Virus record (IMG/VR): IMGVR_UViG_3300051212_000930
Location: 1 to 60,933 of that record
DNA length: 60,933 nt
Direction: 5' to 3' (one strand)
Source: a virus
Lineage: Duplodnaviria > Caudoviricetes
The notes beneath the pieces are model-generated. The model was given only the letters and a program-made list of their open reading frames with translations. It ran no database searches and had not been told where the DNA came from. A program made the translations under genes and the position numbers. The stretch's first letter is position 1, and each line of letters starts with the position of its first letter. Shown in pieces: positions 48,190-58,364 of this stretch.

Positions 48190-48570
48190 ATGATTGGCAA
48201 TCAAAAAAAGAAAAAAATTGATGTTTCTGAGGAAAGCATGAAAGAACTTATGCAAGAAACGTATAATGAAATTGTTGATGAAAGAAATAAAGCTTTAACC
48301 GCTTATAAAAAATTCAGCAAAGACATTAATGAAAATTCCGATATAGCTTTAGTTGGTAAGATTACAAACGATCTTTTAAAAATAATCGATGGAACTATTG
48401 AAAAAAAACTAAGGTTAATTAAAATTCAAAGCGATATTTTGTATAAAAACGGTAAAGGCGCATCGGGTGATGGTGGTGCCCCAATGGTGATTACAGAGGA
48501 AGATAGGAAGTGGGCTGAAGAGTTTTTAAAAAAACAAAATAACGGTGATAATGAAAAAGAATACGAATAA
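48190..48570 (+). CDS. Hypothetical helical late protein (terminase small subunit is one possibility)
   Basis: 126-aa coiled-coil protein with TATTTAT at 48168; function is a guess. Confidence 0.55.
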   Translation: MIGNQKKKKIDVSEESMKELMQETYNEIVDERNKALTAYKKFSKDINENSDIALVGKITNDLLKIIDGTIEKKLRLIKIQSDILYKNGKGASGDGGAPMVITEEDRKWAEEFLKKQNNGDNEKEYE

Positions 48571-50507
48571 TGAGCCAACAAAGTGAAATATTTTCAAGGT
48601 ATCGATCACTTTTTAACAGTAGTTCAATTAGACCTCTTGAAAGTGAAACATCGAGGCGGTTAAACAACATGGACTTTGTTGATTTTTTATTTGAATTAGT
48701 TAAAGCAACAAAAGGTCAAAAACAATTTAAAAATATAATATTAAAAGGTAGTTTGTCGAAATTAAAAAAAACTGATGAATTAAACAAAACTATAAAAAAA
48801 GCTTTATTAGCTCAATTTGGTTGTGATGATACTTTAATTATACCAACTAAATACACCACCAAATCATCGCTAGGAGTTGAATTGGATAAAGGTGAAATCG
48901 ACCCTTTTGGTATGTTTGGTATCGATCCAGATACTCAAGTTGGTAAACTGATGTATGAAGGTAACGATCCCAAAAAACACATTAACTATCTATTATTTAA
49001 ATCTCAAGGGGTTGGGACAATAAACCCAGTTGAAATGAATTATAATGGTAGAGTTTTATTTAGAGTATACGCAAAAACGCCAAACACCCTTATTTTTAAA
49101 TTTGGTGAATTTTACGAAAACAAACTTTATATTGAATGGTTAAATGATTATATAGATGCTATGCAGCCAATATTTAACACAGTTAATTTTACAACAATAT
49201 TAACTGATATTATTACTGGTGCAATTTCTTTAAAAGCGAATAAAAACAAAATAGAAATAAGAAAACAAAGCGGGGTTATTAAAGCCTTGCAAAAAATATT
49301 TGGATTTTGTTCAGAGTCCGATGAAAATATTGGAGGGCCAAGTCAACCAACTAATAATATATTAAAAGATCCATTATTACAAAATTCGAATTTTAATGGT
49401 GAAAATATTGTCGGAAGTCAAAGTGGTTTGGGTGATTTTAACAATGAAAATCAATCAAGTGACGACCCTTTTGATTTTGATTTTAATGATTTGGATGAAA
49501 TTGAACGGGATACCGATTTAAAATCTAGAGGCGTTATTAGGTTTTCAACATGTGGTGATTTGGATTTAGATATAAATCCAGATGATATTTTAAGTGGTTT
49601 AGAATTACTGTTCGCCAATGCGGATCAGAATAATGTTTACAGTTATGACGGTACAATAAATAATGAACTCCCAGAAACTGCCACTGCTAGTCCATTATAT
49701 GATAATTCGCAAATCGTACCCAATTCAGACAAAGCCGCAGATTTTTTTGATAATGCGTTAAAAAATGGGGCAAATAATGCGATAAATCAAGGTGAAACAA
49801 ATATTATTATTGATTTACCCACAATGAACGCTGAGTTACAATTAAATATTTTAAAAGCTATACCATATGCTTTAATGCAAATGGTATTAAGCCCTAAAGT
49901 TGTTTTAGTACCCAAACTATTTACGGTATTAAGTGGTGATACTGGTAAAAAATCCCCAAATGATTTTATAAAAAACATGATGCCATCCATTTCAAAAATA
50001 GGTGAAAATATAACAAGCATGTTAATACAAAATATATTTGACGCGATAAAATCAGATTTGACTAGATTGGCTAGCGAATTAGCAATTGCATACTTAAAAC
50101 AACGTGGTATGGATTATTTAGCAACGCTAAGATCTTTATTAAGTTTGCTTGGCTTGTTTAGTGGCGGAGGTGGGGGTTGTGGCGGTGTTTTGGACAAACT
50201 TCTAAAATTACTAAAACTATCAAATTTTGGGCCGATGCCTATGCTACCACCACCATTGGTACTTATAGCTGGCGCAATAAAACCTGGTATGAATAGTGTA
50301 TCAATGATAAATGATATTAAATCTAGTTTAACCGAAAAAGGTATAGAGACCGCACCAACACTACCCGATGGTACACCAAATAATATGATGATTGCAATAG
50401 AAGAAACTGTTAAAACAATGGTTACACACATTAAAACAAATTCGACTATACAAACTTTTGGTATATCTGCGGTTGGCCCAGTTCAAGGCTATGGGCAAAT
50501 TCAATAA
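48570..50507 (+). CDS. Putative virion/baseplate protein
   Basis: 645 aa in the late operon before the spike-like gene. Confidence 0.55.
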   Translation: MSQQSEIFSRYRSLFNSSSIRPLESETSRRLNNMDFVDFLFELVKATKGQKQFKNIILKGSLSKLKKTDELNKTIKKALLAQFGCDDTLIIPTKYTTKSSLGVELDKGEIDPFGMFGIDPDTQVGKLMYEGNDPKKHINYLLFKSQGVGTINPVEMNYNGRVLFRVYAKTPNTLIFKFGEFYENKLYIEWLNDYIDAMQPIFNTVNFTTILTDIITGAISLKANKNKIEIRKQSGVIKALQKIFGFCSESDENIGGPSQPTNNILKDPLLQNSNFNGENIVGSQSGLGDFNNENQSSDDPFDFDFNDLDEIERDTDLKSRGVIRFSTCGDLDLDINPDDILSGLELLFANADQNNVYSYDGTINNELPETATASPLYDNSQIVPNSDKAADFFDNALKNGANNAINQGETNIIIDLPTMNAELQLNILKAIPYALMQMVLSPKVVLVPKLFTVLSGDTGKKSPNDFIKNMMPSISKIGENITSMLIQNIFDAIKSDLTRLASELAIAYLKQRGMDYLATLRSLLSLLGLFSGGGGGCGGVLDKLLKLLKLSNFGPMPMLPPPLVLIAGAIKPGMNSVSMINDIKSSLTEKGIETAPTLPDGTPNNMMIAIEETVKTMVTHIKTNSTIQTFGISAVGPVQGYGQIQ

Positions 50508-50517
50508 TCAAGTATTT

Positions 50518-50730
50518 ATGAAAAACGAAAAGTTACAAGAAATTATAGATAATTGCAAAAACAAACCAAATAAAGATTTGGCAAATGTTTTAGTTACGCT
50601 TGAAGTTGATTTTAATAATATTAAATCAACAATACTAGAATTAACAGAAACATTAAAAGAACTTGAAATTACATATGATACTGTATACGATGAATTACAA
50701 AAAAGATTAAAATTTGAAGATAAAAAATGA
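50518..50730 (+). CDS. Small coiled-coil protein
   Basis: MKNEKLQEII...; start taken at ATG 50518, overlapping TATTTAT. Confidence 0.6.
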   Translation: MKNEKLQEIIDNCKNKPNKDLANVLVTLEVDFNNIKSTILELTETLKELEITYDTVYDELQKRLKFEDKK

Positions 50731-52361
50731 AGGCCGATTATAAAATAGGTGTGTGTTTTGACAATGAAGATCCTAAAAATTTAGGTAGGATCAGAGCAAT
50801 TCCTATTGATATTTTGGGTAAATTTGCAACATTAAAAGATATTCGCGATTTTGTCAAAAAAGAAGATGATAAAGCAATAGCCGCTTTACTTTACAACCCG
50901 TGGTACCCAACAAAATACCAAAACTTTAAAGAAAAAGATAAATATGTTTGCGAACCATTTTTGCCAAAAAATATAGGAGTCACACCAAATGCTGGTCAAT
51001 TAGTTAAAATAATAACATATGAAGACTTAAATCAAAAACTTGAGTTTATAGGCCCCTACACAATAGATCAAGTAACTCTAACTGAAGAATATAGAAATGT
51101 TGTAAGTAACCTACAAAAAACCTTATCAATAGCTGAAGTTATACCTAAAAAGGGTAAGACATTTATTTCTGGATACTCAAACGAACAAATTATTTTGGGT
51201 GATAATGAATTTTTAATTAGATTAAACCACATAAATGGCAGTGAAAAAACTAGAAAAACTAGTTATCCTTTTATACAGTTATCTCAATTTTTTAATAGTT
51301 ATGATGTTAAACAAAAAACAACAACTATTACAGAAACACCAGATATTCCAATTGATTTTATTTGTGAATTGTTTTTACAATACACCCCAAAAAGAAATTC
51401 GAATGAAAAAAATTTTACAGCCGAAGTTATTTTATATGACGCCTCAAAGCAAATAAATAGAAAGGGTGAAATAGGGTTAACTAAAGATACTTACTCCCCA
51501 ACAACACAATATATAACAAATTCATATACAAATTATGTTGTTAAACACTACATAAACACATCTAATGGGGGTGAATTTATAAAAACAATTGAAGATATAA
51601 TATCTGGGTATAACTCTGGTGGTTTAATAAAATATTATGATGTGAACAACACATTGTCCGAACAAAGGATTGAAAATAATAGTACTACGATAATAGTATA
51701 TAATAATGTAATAACTACACCAAATGCGGGTGGTGCTTTGGGTGATTCTAATATTGTATCAAATATTAAAAGTTGGTTATTTAGACTAACGCCTGGTACA
51801 AAATTAACTGATTATGCTGGTAATTTAACCCAACCTAATTTACCTGATAATAACATTGAAACTATTAGATATAAAGATTATATTAAATTGGATTCATTAA
51901 TATCAAAATACACTGTTGATAAAAAATATGGTAACCTGGCTATCAATAATTCAAGAACAACAACTGTTACAAAACCAGTCGCCGAATCTTTAAACAAACC
52001 ACAATCAGTCCATACGATTTATTCTGACAAATTTTTATTTTTAAGTAGTTTGAATTCTTTAAATATTGTTGATAATTTAAATTTTGATGGACTCCCATCT
52101 GATAAAATAGCAGAAATTTTAAGTGGATTGAATCAAAACACAAGAACTTATGGGTTTGTGAGAGGTGAAAAATTAATGGAGTTGCTTAATGAAATTTTGG
52201 ATATGTTTACTAAACATGGACATGAAGCTGGAAAAGATCCAAGAGCATCAATTATCCAATCAACCCAAGAAGCCGTTGAGAATCTAAAAAAGAAAATAAA
52301 AGATGAGTTAAAGGAAGGTCAAAATAATGTGATAATCAATCATAACTTAAGACTTAATTAA
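50727..52361 (+). CDS. Baseplate central spike-like protein (gp5/gpV OB-fold N-terminus)
   Basis: GVCFDNEDPKNLGRIRA...PFLPK....PNAGQLV N-terminus; C-terminal VRGEKL..LL......HGH (HxH apex motif). Confidence 0.65.
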   Translation: MKADYKIGVCFDNEDPKNLGRIRAIPIDILGKFATLKDIRDFVKKEDDKAIAALLYNPWYPTKYQNFKEKDKYVCEPFLPKNIGVTPNAGQLVKIITYEDLNQKLEFIGPYTIDQVTLTEEYRNVVSNLQKTLSIAEVIPKKGKTFISGYSNEQIILGDNEFLIRLNHINGSEKTRKTSYPFIQLSQFFNSYDVKQKTTTITETPDIPIDFICELFLQYTPKRNSNEKNFTAEVILYDASKQINRKGEIGLTKDTYSPTTQYITNSYTNYVVKHYINTSNGGEFIKTIEDIISGYNSGGLIKYYDVNNTLSEQRIENNSTTIIVYNNVITTPNAGGALGDSNIVSNIKSWLFRLTPGTKLTDYAGNLTQPNLPDNNIETIRYKDYIKLDSLISKYTVDKKYGNLAINNSRTTTVTKPVAESLNKPQSVHTIYSDKFLFLSSLNSLNIVDNLNFDGLPSDKIAEILSGLNQNTRTYGFVRGEKLMELLNEILDMFTKHGHEAGKDPRASIIQSTQEAVENLKKKIKDELKEGQNNVIINHNLRLN

Positions 52362-52374
52362 AATATTTATATTT

Positions 52375-53928
52375 ATGGGAATTTACCGCACATATTTTGA
52401 CAAGAATAATACAATAGTAAGAAATTCTTTAGTTAATACAGGCAGAAACCAGGTTTCTGAGCTATATTTTGGTGACAAAGTCAGTAGATTTTTGTTTTAC
52501 TGTTCATTTGATGAAATAAAAAATAAAGTTGAAAATAAAGAAATTATTATCAATGGCGATGTTAAACACTATCTTAGGATAAAGAATACATCAAATTTTG
52601 ATGTTTCACCTTTTTTATCTGATAGCAATAATTTGGTTTTTACTGATAAGTATAGATCATCTTCTTTTGATTTAGAATTAAAACCAGCAAAAGAGTTTTG
52701 GGATGAAGGTATGGGTTATGATTTTCAATTAAGCCCATTTTCCAGGCCACAAGATAGGGACTTTAACGAAGAACCGTCAAACTGGTTCAATGGCACATAC
52801 GTCAATGAATTTTTGACGCCAGGTGTTACATTGGGTAACAGAATAGCTTTACAACATTTTGATAGAGGCAATGAGGATGTTTTAATGGATATCACCAATT
52901 TCGTTAATGGAATTATTACCACAGGAATAACCACTGGTATAACAACGGGGATAACCACTGGCATGACTACTGGAATTACAACTGGAATTACAACGGGGAT
53001 AACCACTGGCATGACTACTGGAATTACCACTGGTATAACATACATAATAACAACAGGTATTACAACAGGAATCACCACTGGAATTACTACTGGCGTAACA
53101 AGTAGTTATAACGGATTTTGTTTAAAATATACCGATCCATACGAATCTTTAGTATTCGATGATGCCAGGGCTTATGTTTTGGGTTTATTTACAAAATATA
53201 CACAAACATTTTTTGAACCTTTTATCGAAACACATTATAATGACCATATAGTTGATGATAGAGTTGATTTTTTCTTAAATAAAACTAATAGGTTGTATCT
53301 TTATGTAAATGTTGATGGTAAATTAACTAATTTAGATGAATTACCATCATTTAATATCGATGGGGTTGTTACTTTAAATCCATTTGTTGTTAAACAACAA
53401 ACAAAGGGTGTTTATTATGTTGAATTTTTTGCATCAAGCGATGTTTATGATTCTTATACTGAATATAAAGATGTATGGTCTAACATAAAAATTAATGGTA
53501 TTAACAGACCAGATATAAAATTACGTTTTGTACCCAAAGAAGATAATGATTATTACCAATTAGGATCGGATGTTTCCGAACCAATTAGGTATGGATTATC
53601 AATTAGTGGTATAAAAAGAGAGGAAAAAATTAACCAAGGAGAAAAAAGACGCATTAATGTGCATCTTAGGAAACCATATACTGTTGAACAACAAGACGTA
53701 AAAACTAACGTATATTATAAATTATACGTCAAACAGGGCCCAAATGTTATAGATATACTTGATTGGCAACCCGTCAATAAATTATATAATTCAAATACAT
53801 TTAATATTGATACGACCTGGTTAGTACCTCAAATATACTACGTGGATATTAAGATTGAAAGGAATGATGAGGTTAATGTTTATAATGAAGAATTAAAATT
53901 CACTATTTTAAGTAAATTAAAAGGATAA
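52375..53928 (+). CDS. Putative virion structural protein with (I/M)TTG tandem repeat
   Basis: 517 aa, preceded by a double TATTTAT; WDEG.GYD motif; Thr-rich repeat insert. Confidence 0.65.
   Translation: MGIYRTYFDKNNTIVRNSLVNTGRNQVSELYFGDKVSRFLFYCSFDEIKNKVENKEIIINGDVKHYLRIKNTSNFDVSPFLSDSNNLVFTDKYRSSSFDLELKPAKEFWDEGMGYDFQLSPFSRPQDRDFNEEPSNWFNGTYVNEFLTPGVTLGNRIALQHFDRGNEDVLMDITNFVNGIITTGITTGITTGITTGMTTGITTGITTGITTGMTTGITTGITYIITTGITTGITTGITTGVTSSYNGFCLKYTDPYESLVFDDARAYVLGLFTKYTQTFFEPFIETHYNDHIVDDRVDFFLNKTNRLYLYVNVDGKLTNLDELPSFNIDGVVTLNPFVVKQQTKGVYYVEFFASSDVYDSYTEYKDVWSNIKINGINRPDIKLRFVPKEDNDYYQLGSDVSEPIRYGLSISGIKREEKINQGEKRRINVHLRKPYTVEQQDVKTNVYYKLYVKQGPNVIDILDWQPVNKLYNSNTFNIDTTWLVPQIYYVDIKIERNDEVNVYNEELKFTILSKLKG
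52915..53100 (+). repeat. 12-bp-period coding tandem repeat: 14 x (I/M)TTG plus one ITYI
   Basis: Units vary at synonymous positions; ACAACGGGGATAACCACTGGCATGACTACTGGAATTAC recurs at 52942 and 52990 (48-bp period). Confidence 0.95.
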
Positions 53929-54329
53929 TGGTATTAACATATATTAACCCACTGAATAAAAACTATAAAGGCCAATACACCTACGAATTTATTTTTTCAA
54001 AAACAAACGAAATAAATTTTGGTGATGATTGGGACGTTTTACCAGCAGCCAGCGGGTCGCTCACACCACCACCAGTTGATGATATTGAAACTGTCGCCAT
54101 ATTAAAAACAAACGACATTGAATTAGATTTGGCTATTTACTCCGACAATTTTTCGATGTACGATTGTGTTGAAAACGTAATAGCGATGGGTTGGGAAAAA
54201 GAATCACCAAACAATGAAATTAGATTGGTGTTTCACTTTGGCGAATCCTATGAAAGCGTAAAAGAAAAATTATATAGCAGAGATAAAATAATTGTAATGA
54301 TAAAAACACCAGAAAATGAAGAAATCTGA
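53928..54329 (+). CDS. Hypothetical protein
   Basis: 133 aa, TAATG-coupled to the upstream gene. Confidence 0.7.
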   Translation: MVLTYINPLNKNYKGQYTYEFIFSKTNEINFGDDWDVLPAASGSLTPPPVDDIETVAILKTNDIELDLAIYSDNFSMYDCVENVIAMGWEKESPNNEIRLVFHFGESYESVKEKLYSRDKIIVMIKTPENEEI

Positions 54330-55005
54330 TTTTATAGAAAAATTAAAAGAAAATAAAGAAGTCCCAAGTGTCGGTGACATTGAAAAGGCGTCACAGAATG
54401 TTGAAAAAATGGGTACGATTGTTAAACAATTTGGTGACCATATCCAATCATTAAAAGATATGGGTGTATTGGGTGAAGATTTTGATGCGTCAAAAGACTA
54501 TGAATCTGAAACTGAATTTTTTAGTGACATGATTGATCACCTAATGTATAAAAAATACAATATGACATACTTTAAACCCATTGAGGTAAAACAACCAACG
54601 ACCAAACCTCAAGAACCAGAGATTAAAGATCCACAACTAAAAATTGATTTCCCCAAAGAAAAAACTTACGATTTCGAAAAAGAAGAGGAAACAAAACCAA
54701 TTTCACAAATGTCTGATTCTGAGTTTAGGGATACCATGGATAAAAAAATGATGTTTGGTGGTAGTAATTCAATATTTTATGTGGTAAATTTAATTAAAAG
54801 AGGAGTTGAAGAGCTTAAAAATAATCCAGAATCTGGAAAAAACGCTTTAAGACCCGCTTATATAGCGTTACAAGACATAATTAGAAAAAATCTTGAAGAA
54901 AATTTTGCGGATTCAAAAATCTTCACTATTATTGCGGAGGCAGAAACGCCAAAAATTAGTAAAAAAGAAATTTTAGAATACTTAAACCGCAATGAACATG
55001 AGTAA
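54316..55005 (+). CDS. Hypothetical Glu/Lys-rich protein (possibly head-internal)
   Basis: 229 aa; LKE, LGE, LEE, IAE motifs. Confidence 0.65.
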   Translation: MKKSDFIEKLKENKEVPSVGDIEKASQNVEKMGTIVKQFGDHIQSLKDMGVLGEDFDASKDYESETEFFSDMIDHLMYKKYNMTYFKPIEVKQPTTKPQEPEIKDPQLKIDFPKEKTYDFEKEEETKPISQMSDSEFRDTMDKKMMFGGSNSIFYVVNLIKRGVEELKNNPESGKNALRPAYIALQDIIRKNLEENFADSKIFTIIAEAETPKISKKEILEYLNRNEHE

Positions 55006-55114
55006 TACAAAAGAAAAAGAGGCCCCAGTTATCACTCCGACAACTACGCCAACAGAAGATCCGTCAAAGATTAAATTTCCAAAACCTAGCGTTTTACCAA
55101 AACCTCAGGCATAA
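54998..55114 (+). CDS. Pro/Thr-rich microprotein (38 aa)
   Basis: MSNTKEKEAPVITPTTTPTEDPSKIKFPKPSVLPKPQA; fills the gap and overlaps the upstream stop; below the ORF-track cutoff. Confidence 0.5.
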   Translation: MSNTKEKEAPVITPTTTPTEDPSKIKFPKPSVLPKPQA

Positions 55115-55115
55115 A

Positions 55116-55147
55116 TTTGGTTATTAAATTTTTTTTGCTTATCTTTG
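55116..55147 (+). promoter_or_regulatory. Bacteroidota-type promoter TTTG-N20-TATCTTTG
   Basis: Exact consensus match upstream of 55177. Confidence 0.7.
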
Positions 55148-55176
55148 CCCTATAAATAAAAATATAGGGCTTTTTT
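55147..55176 (+). terminator. Rho-independent terminator abutting the next ATG
   Basis: GCCCTATA-N8-TATAGGGC-TTTTTT, then ATG 55177. Confidence 0.65.
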
Positions 55177-56316
55177 ATGGAAAAAACTGAAAGACAATCG
55201 AATATCGACCTAACTGGGTATCCTAAGTTGATAAACAACGATATTCTAAACAAAATCGCGAATAGACGCCATCCTATGGCTAATATGCCGTATTATCACA
55301 AGAAAAATGAACCACAAAAACTTCACGAAGAAGATATAATTGAGGATCGTTTTAAAAATTTGGTTGATTCATATACTAATACATTTGGTGGTAGTAAAGA
55401 ACATGTTAATCAAATGCGTGTGATGATGAACGCTGGTGCCAATGGTATGGAAATAATGCGAACTGAAAAACCAAAACGTAAAGAATTGGTTCGATTGGTT
55501 GAGCGTATTATGCGAGAAGAATTTAATGTTGGTCGCGATGAGGTTTTATTTGATTTGGAAATTGTTGATGTTGGATCTTGTGATCTTCCAGATGAGATGG
55601 ACACCGAAAAAGAAATTAACGATGATTTCGAGCAAACAGACAACTTTGATGTTTTAAAGAAAAGGACAATTAATGCTTTTTCACAAGGAGCCGCACTGGC
55701 ATCACATTACATTTTCCATATGTATAAAGATGATTTTGAAAAAATATGTTCGGACATCACACCAACTTACCAAAGAGCTCTTATAGCGAATGATTTGTTT
55801 TACTTCATATTGGATGATAGTAGTCTACAAAATCAACTTTGCAGTGGTGAAAGTGGTGCTAATGCTGGATACTGTCGTTTAAATTTTGATGGCGACATTC
55901 CTGTTATTGAAGCCAAAGCTATAAGCGCACCGATATTATTACATGAAGTTACAAAAGCCCTAATAACATTTTTTTCGATTCCAGGTATTCAAAACATGGA
56001 TAAAGAAACTATTGATGAAACGGATTATGTGATGGCCGAATTGTGGGATATTCGTTTTGGTACAACACTTTGGGTTAATTTCCACTCACTTATAGATGAA
56101 AGAGATTATGACATTAAAAAATTAATCTTTGTTGAAGTATTTAAAATGGATTCAGAGATGTTTGTTAAAGACTTCATGTACAATGTCATGAATAAACCCG
56201 AATTAGCTAAAAAAGAGATTGATTTTATTGTTAAAAAAATCAGAAATAAAATCACCGAATACCAATTTGAAAAGGATTCTGACGGTATCGACTTGTCCGA
56301 TTTGGGTATTTTCTAA
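55177..56316 (+). CDS. Conserved-looking hypothetical phage protein
   Basis: 379 aa; KKRTINAFSQGAA..SHY, PILLHE..K, E.WDIRFG; directly upstream of terminase. Confidence 0.7.
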   Translation: MEKTERQSNIDLTGYPKLINNDILNKIANRRHPMANMPYYHKKNEPQKLHEEDIIEDRFKNLVDSYTNTFGGSKEHVNQMRVMMNAGANGMEIMRTEKPKRKELVRLVERIMREEFNVGRDEVLFDLEIVDVGSCDLPDEMDTEKEINDDFEQTDNFDVLKKRTINAFSQGAALASHYIFHMYKDDFEKICSDITPTYQRALIANDLFYFILDDSSLQNQLCSGESGANAGYCRLNFDGDIPVIEAKAISAPILLHEVTKALITFFSIPGIQNMDKETIDETDYVMAELWDIRFGTTLWVNFHSLIDERDYDIKKLIFVEVFKMDSEMFVKDFMYNVMNKPELAKKEIDFIVKKIRNKITEYQFEKDSDGIDLSDLGIF

Positions 56317-56344
56317 AATAAAAGTATTTATATGAAAATACTTT

Positions 56345-58129
56345 GTGAATATAACAGATAAAAGACAATTACTATTAGAGTACACAAAATGCGCTAAAGA
56401 CCCTTCTTATGCAATTGAAAGTTATTTCGAAACTTTTGATAAAACACAAGAGGGTTTTGTGCCATTTAAATTATTTGACAAACAGAAGTTATTAATTAGT
56501 AATTACGAAACTAATCGATTTAATTTAGTTTTAAAATATAGACAAGCTGGTATATCAACGGTAACTGCGGCATATGCTGCGGTAAAAACAGCTTTTGCTA
56601 TTTCAGATAACCCAGAGAGGGTGCTTATTCTAGCGAACAAACAAGAAACTGCCGTTGAATTCTTAAATAAGATAACAGGTTTCATCAAACAATTACCTGA
56701 TTGGACTAACATCACATTCGATAAAGCATCCCAAAAACATGTTAAACTATCAAATGGGTCAGAATTAAAGGCAGTTGCAACATCTACGGATGCATTACGT
56801 GGTTATACACCAACGATAATGATTTTAGATGAGGCTGCGTTTATTGAAGGGGGCCAAGCTCTTTGGTCTGCGTGTTTAGCGGCGATTGGTACGGGTGGTA
56901 AAGCATTTTTAATATCAACACCAAATGGTTTAGATGAAATTTACTATGAGGCATATGAGGGTGCGATAAATGCAACAAATAAATTCAAGATAACACACCT
57001 AAAATGGTGGCAAGATCCTCGATTTAACAAAGATTTACGCCTAATAAAAACAAATGATATTGTAAACTGGATTCAAAAACCAGAAGCGGAAAAAGATGAG
57101 CACATTATTGAAAGTGCGGTTGTTTTACATTATGATGTCATTTTAAAATTTCTTGAAGAAGGTTATAAACCACATTCAACATGGTACGAAAATATGTGCC
57201 GTGATATGAATCTTAATAAACGAATGATTAATCAAGAGTTGGAATGTGCTTTTATCGGTTCGGGCGACAATGTTATTGAGGGTGAGGTTTTGAGAAAACA
57301 AGAAGAAATAAACGTTATTGAACCTTCTTTTAAAGATAGAGAATGGGATAATAACGTTTGGGTTTGGAAAATGCCCCAGAAGGGCCACAGATACATTTTA
57401 GCGTTGGATGTTTCTCGCGGCGATTCGGAAGATGCGACAGGTATGTGTATTATTGATTATGACACATACGAACAAGTTTTAGAATACCACGGAAAAGTCC
57501 CGCCAGATGTTGCTGCCCAACTTGTTGATCATTACGGTAGAATGTATAATGCGCTATCAACTTTTGATATAACTGGTGGTATGGGTATTGCTGCAACATC
57601 AAAATTAAAAGAAATGAACTACCCAAAATCGTTATTGCACTATGATAATTTAAATGATGATGCATTTTATATTCCACCACCTGATGCAATTCCAGGTATA
57701 AATTTTGCGTCAAAAAATAGGAGGAGTCAAATTGTTGCGGCGCTTGAAGAAGCTGTATCTAGGGGTGATTTTAAAATACGAAGCGAAAGATTAATCGCTG
57801 AGCTAAAGAAATTTATATATAAAAATGGTAAACCAGATCACATGAAAGGATCGCACGATGATCTAATCATGGCTTTGGGTATGTGTTTATTTGTAGCTAA
57901 CACATCATTTAAAAAGCTACAAGAGTCTGATAGTATGACAAAAGCTATGTTGGATAGTTGGAGAACAAATATTAATACAACTCCAACAAAAAGCAGCTAT
58001 TTATTAGAGGATACAATAAAATCAACACCAGATGAAGGTAAAGTCTACAATAAAAGAGAAATAAACGATAATATTTTACAAAATACACGTGACTTTTCCT
58101 GGCTTTTTGGTAATATTAATAAAAGATAA
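56345..58129 (+). CDS. terL: Terminase large subunit (T4 gp17-like)
   Basis: LKYRQAGIST (Walker A), ILDEAAFI (Walker B), ISTPNG, QELEC.F, nuclease LDVSRGDSED and HDDLIMA. Confidence 0.95.
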   Translation: MNITDKRQLLLEYTKCAKDPSYAIESYFETFDKTQEGFVPFKLFDKQKLLISNYETNRFNLVLKYRQAGISTVTAAYAAVKTAFAISDNPERVLILANKQETAVEFLNKITGFIKQLPDWTNITFDKASQKHVKLSNGSELKAVATSTDALRGYTPTIMILDEAAFIEGGQALWSACLAAIGTGGKAFLISTPNGLDEIYYEAYEGAINATNKFKITHLKWWQDPRFNKDLRLIKTNDIVNWIQKPEAEKDEHIIESAVVLHYDVILKFLEEGYKPHSTWYENMCRDMNLNKRMINQELECAFIGSGDNVIEGEVLRKQEEINVIEPSFKDREWDNNVWVWKMPQKGHRYILALDVSRGDSEDATGMCIIDYDTYEQVLEYHGKVPPDVAAQLVDHYGRMYNALSTFDITGGMGIAATSKLKEMNYPKSLLHYDNLNDDAFYIPPPDAIPGINFASKNRRSQIVAALEEAVSRGDFKIRSERLIAELKKFIYKNGKPDHMKGSHDDLIMALGMCLFVANTSFKKLQESDSMTKAMLDSWRTNINTTPTKSSYLLEDTIKSTPDEGKVYNKREINDNILQNTRDFSWLFGNINKR

Positions 58130-58135
58130 ATCATT

Positions 58136-58363
58136 GTGGCTAATAAAAAAACGGTTATATCAAGAATAAATTCAATTGGCGCAATGCGTCAGAATATTAC
58201 TGGTGTACAAATAAATGATAAAATTAGCGGTAGGGCGTTAAAAAAAGCTTACTGTTCTATTGACAATGATAGTATAACAACTTATGTCCAAAAAAAAGAA
58301 TGGGTTATAAGTTTAAATGATTACTTATTTCCACCTTATGTGGAATGTGAATATGTAGTATGA
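58136..58363 (+). CDS. Small hypothetical protein
   Basis: 75 aa, GTG start, fills the terL-portal gap exactly. Confidence 0.5.
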   Translation: MANKKTVISRINSIGAMRQNITGVQINDKISGRALKKAYCSIDNDSITTYVQKKEWVISLNDYLFPPYVECEYVV

Positions 58364-58364
58364 T

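Noticed and set aside
38977-50517. Upstream starts in the ORF track for 38977, 41643 and 50458 (also 16470)
   Set aside because: They overlap upstream genes extensively; downstream ATGs at 39082, 41691, 50518 and 16440 fit the coupling pattern and domain starts better.
52725-53100. Tandem repeat as a CRISPR array, and the antisense PVVI-repeat ORF
   Set aside because: 12-bp period with no unique spacers; variation is synonymous in the plus-strand frame. The antisense ORF is a by-product.
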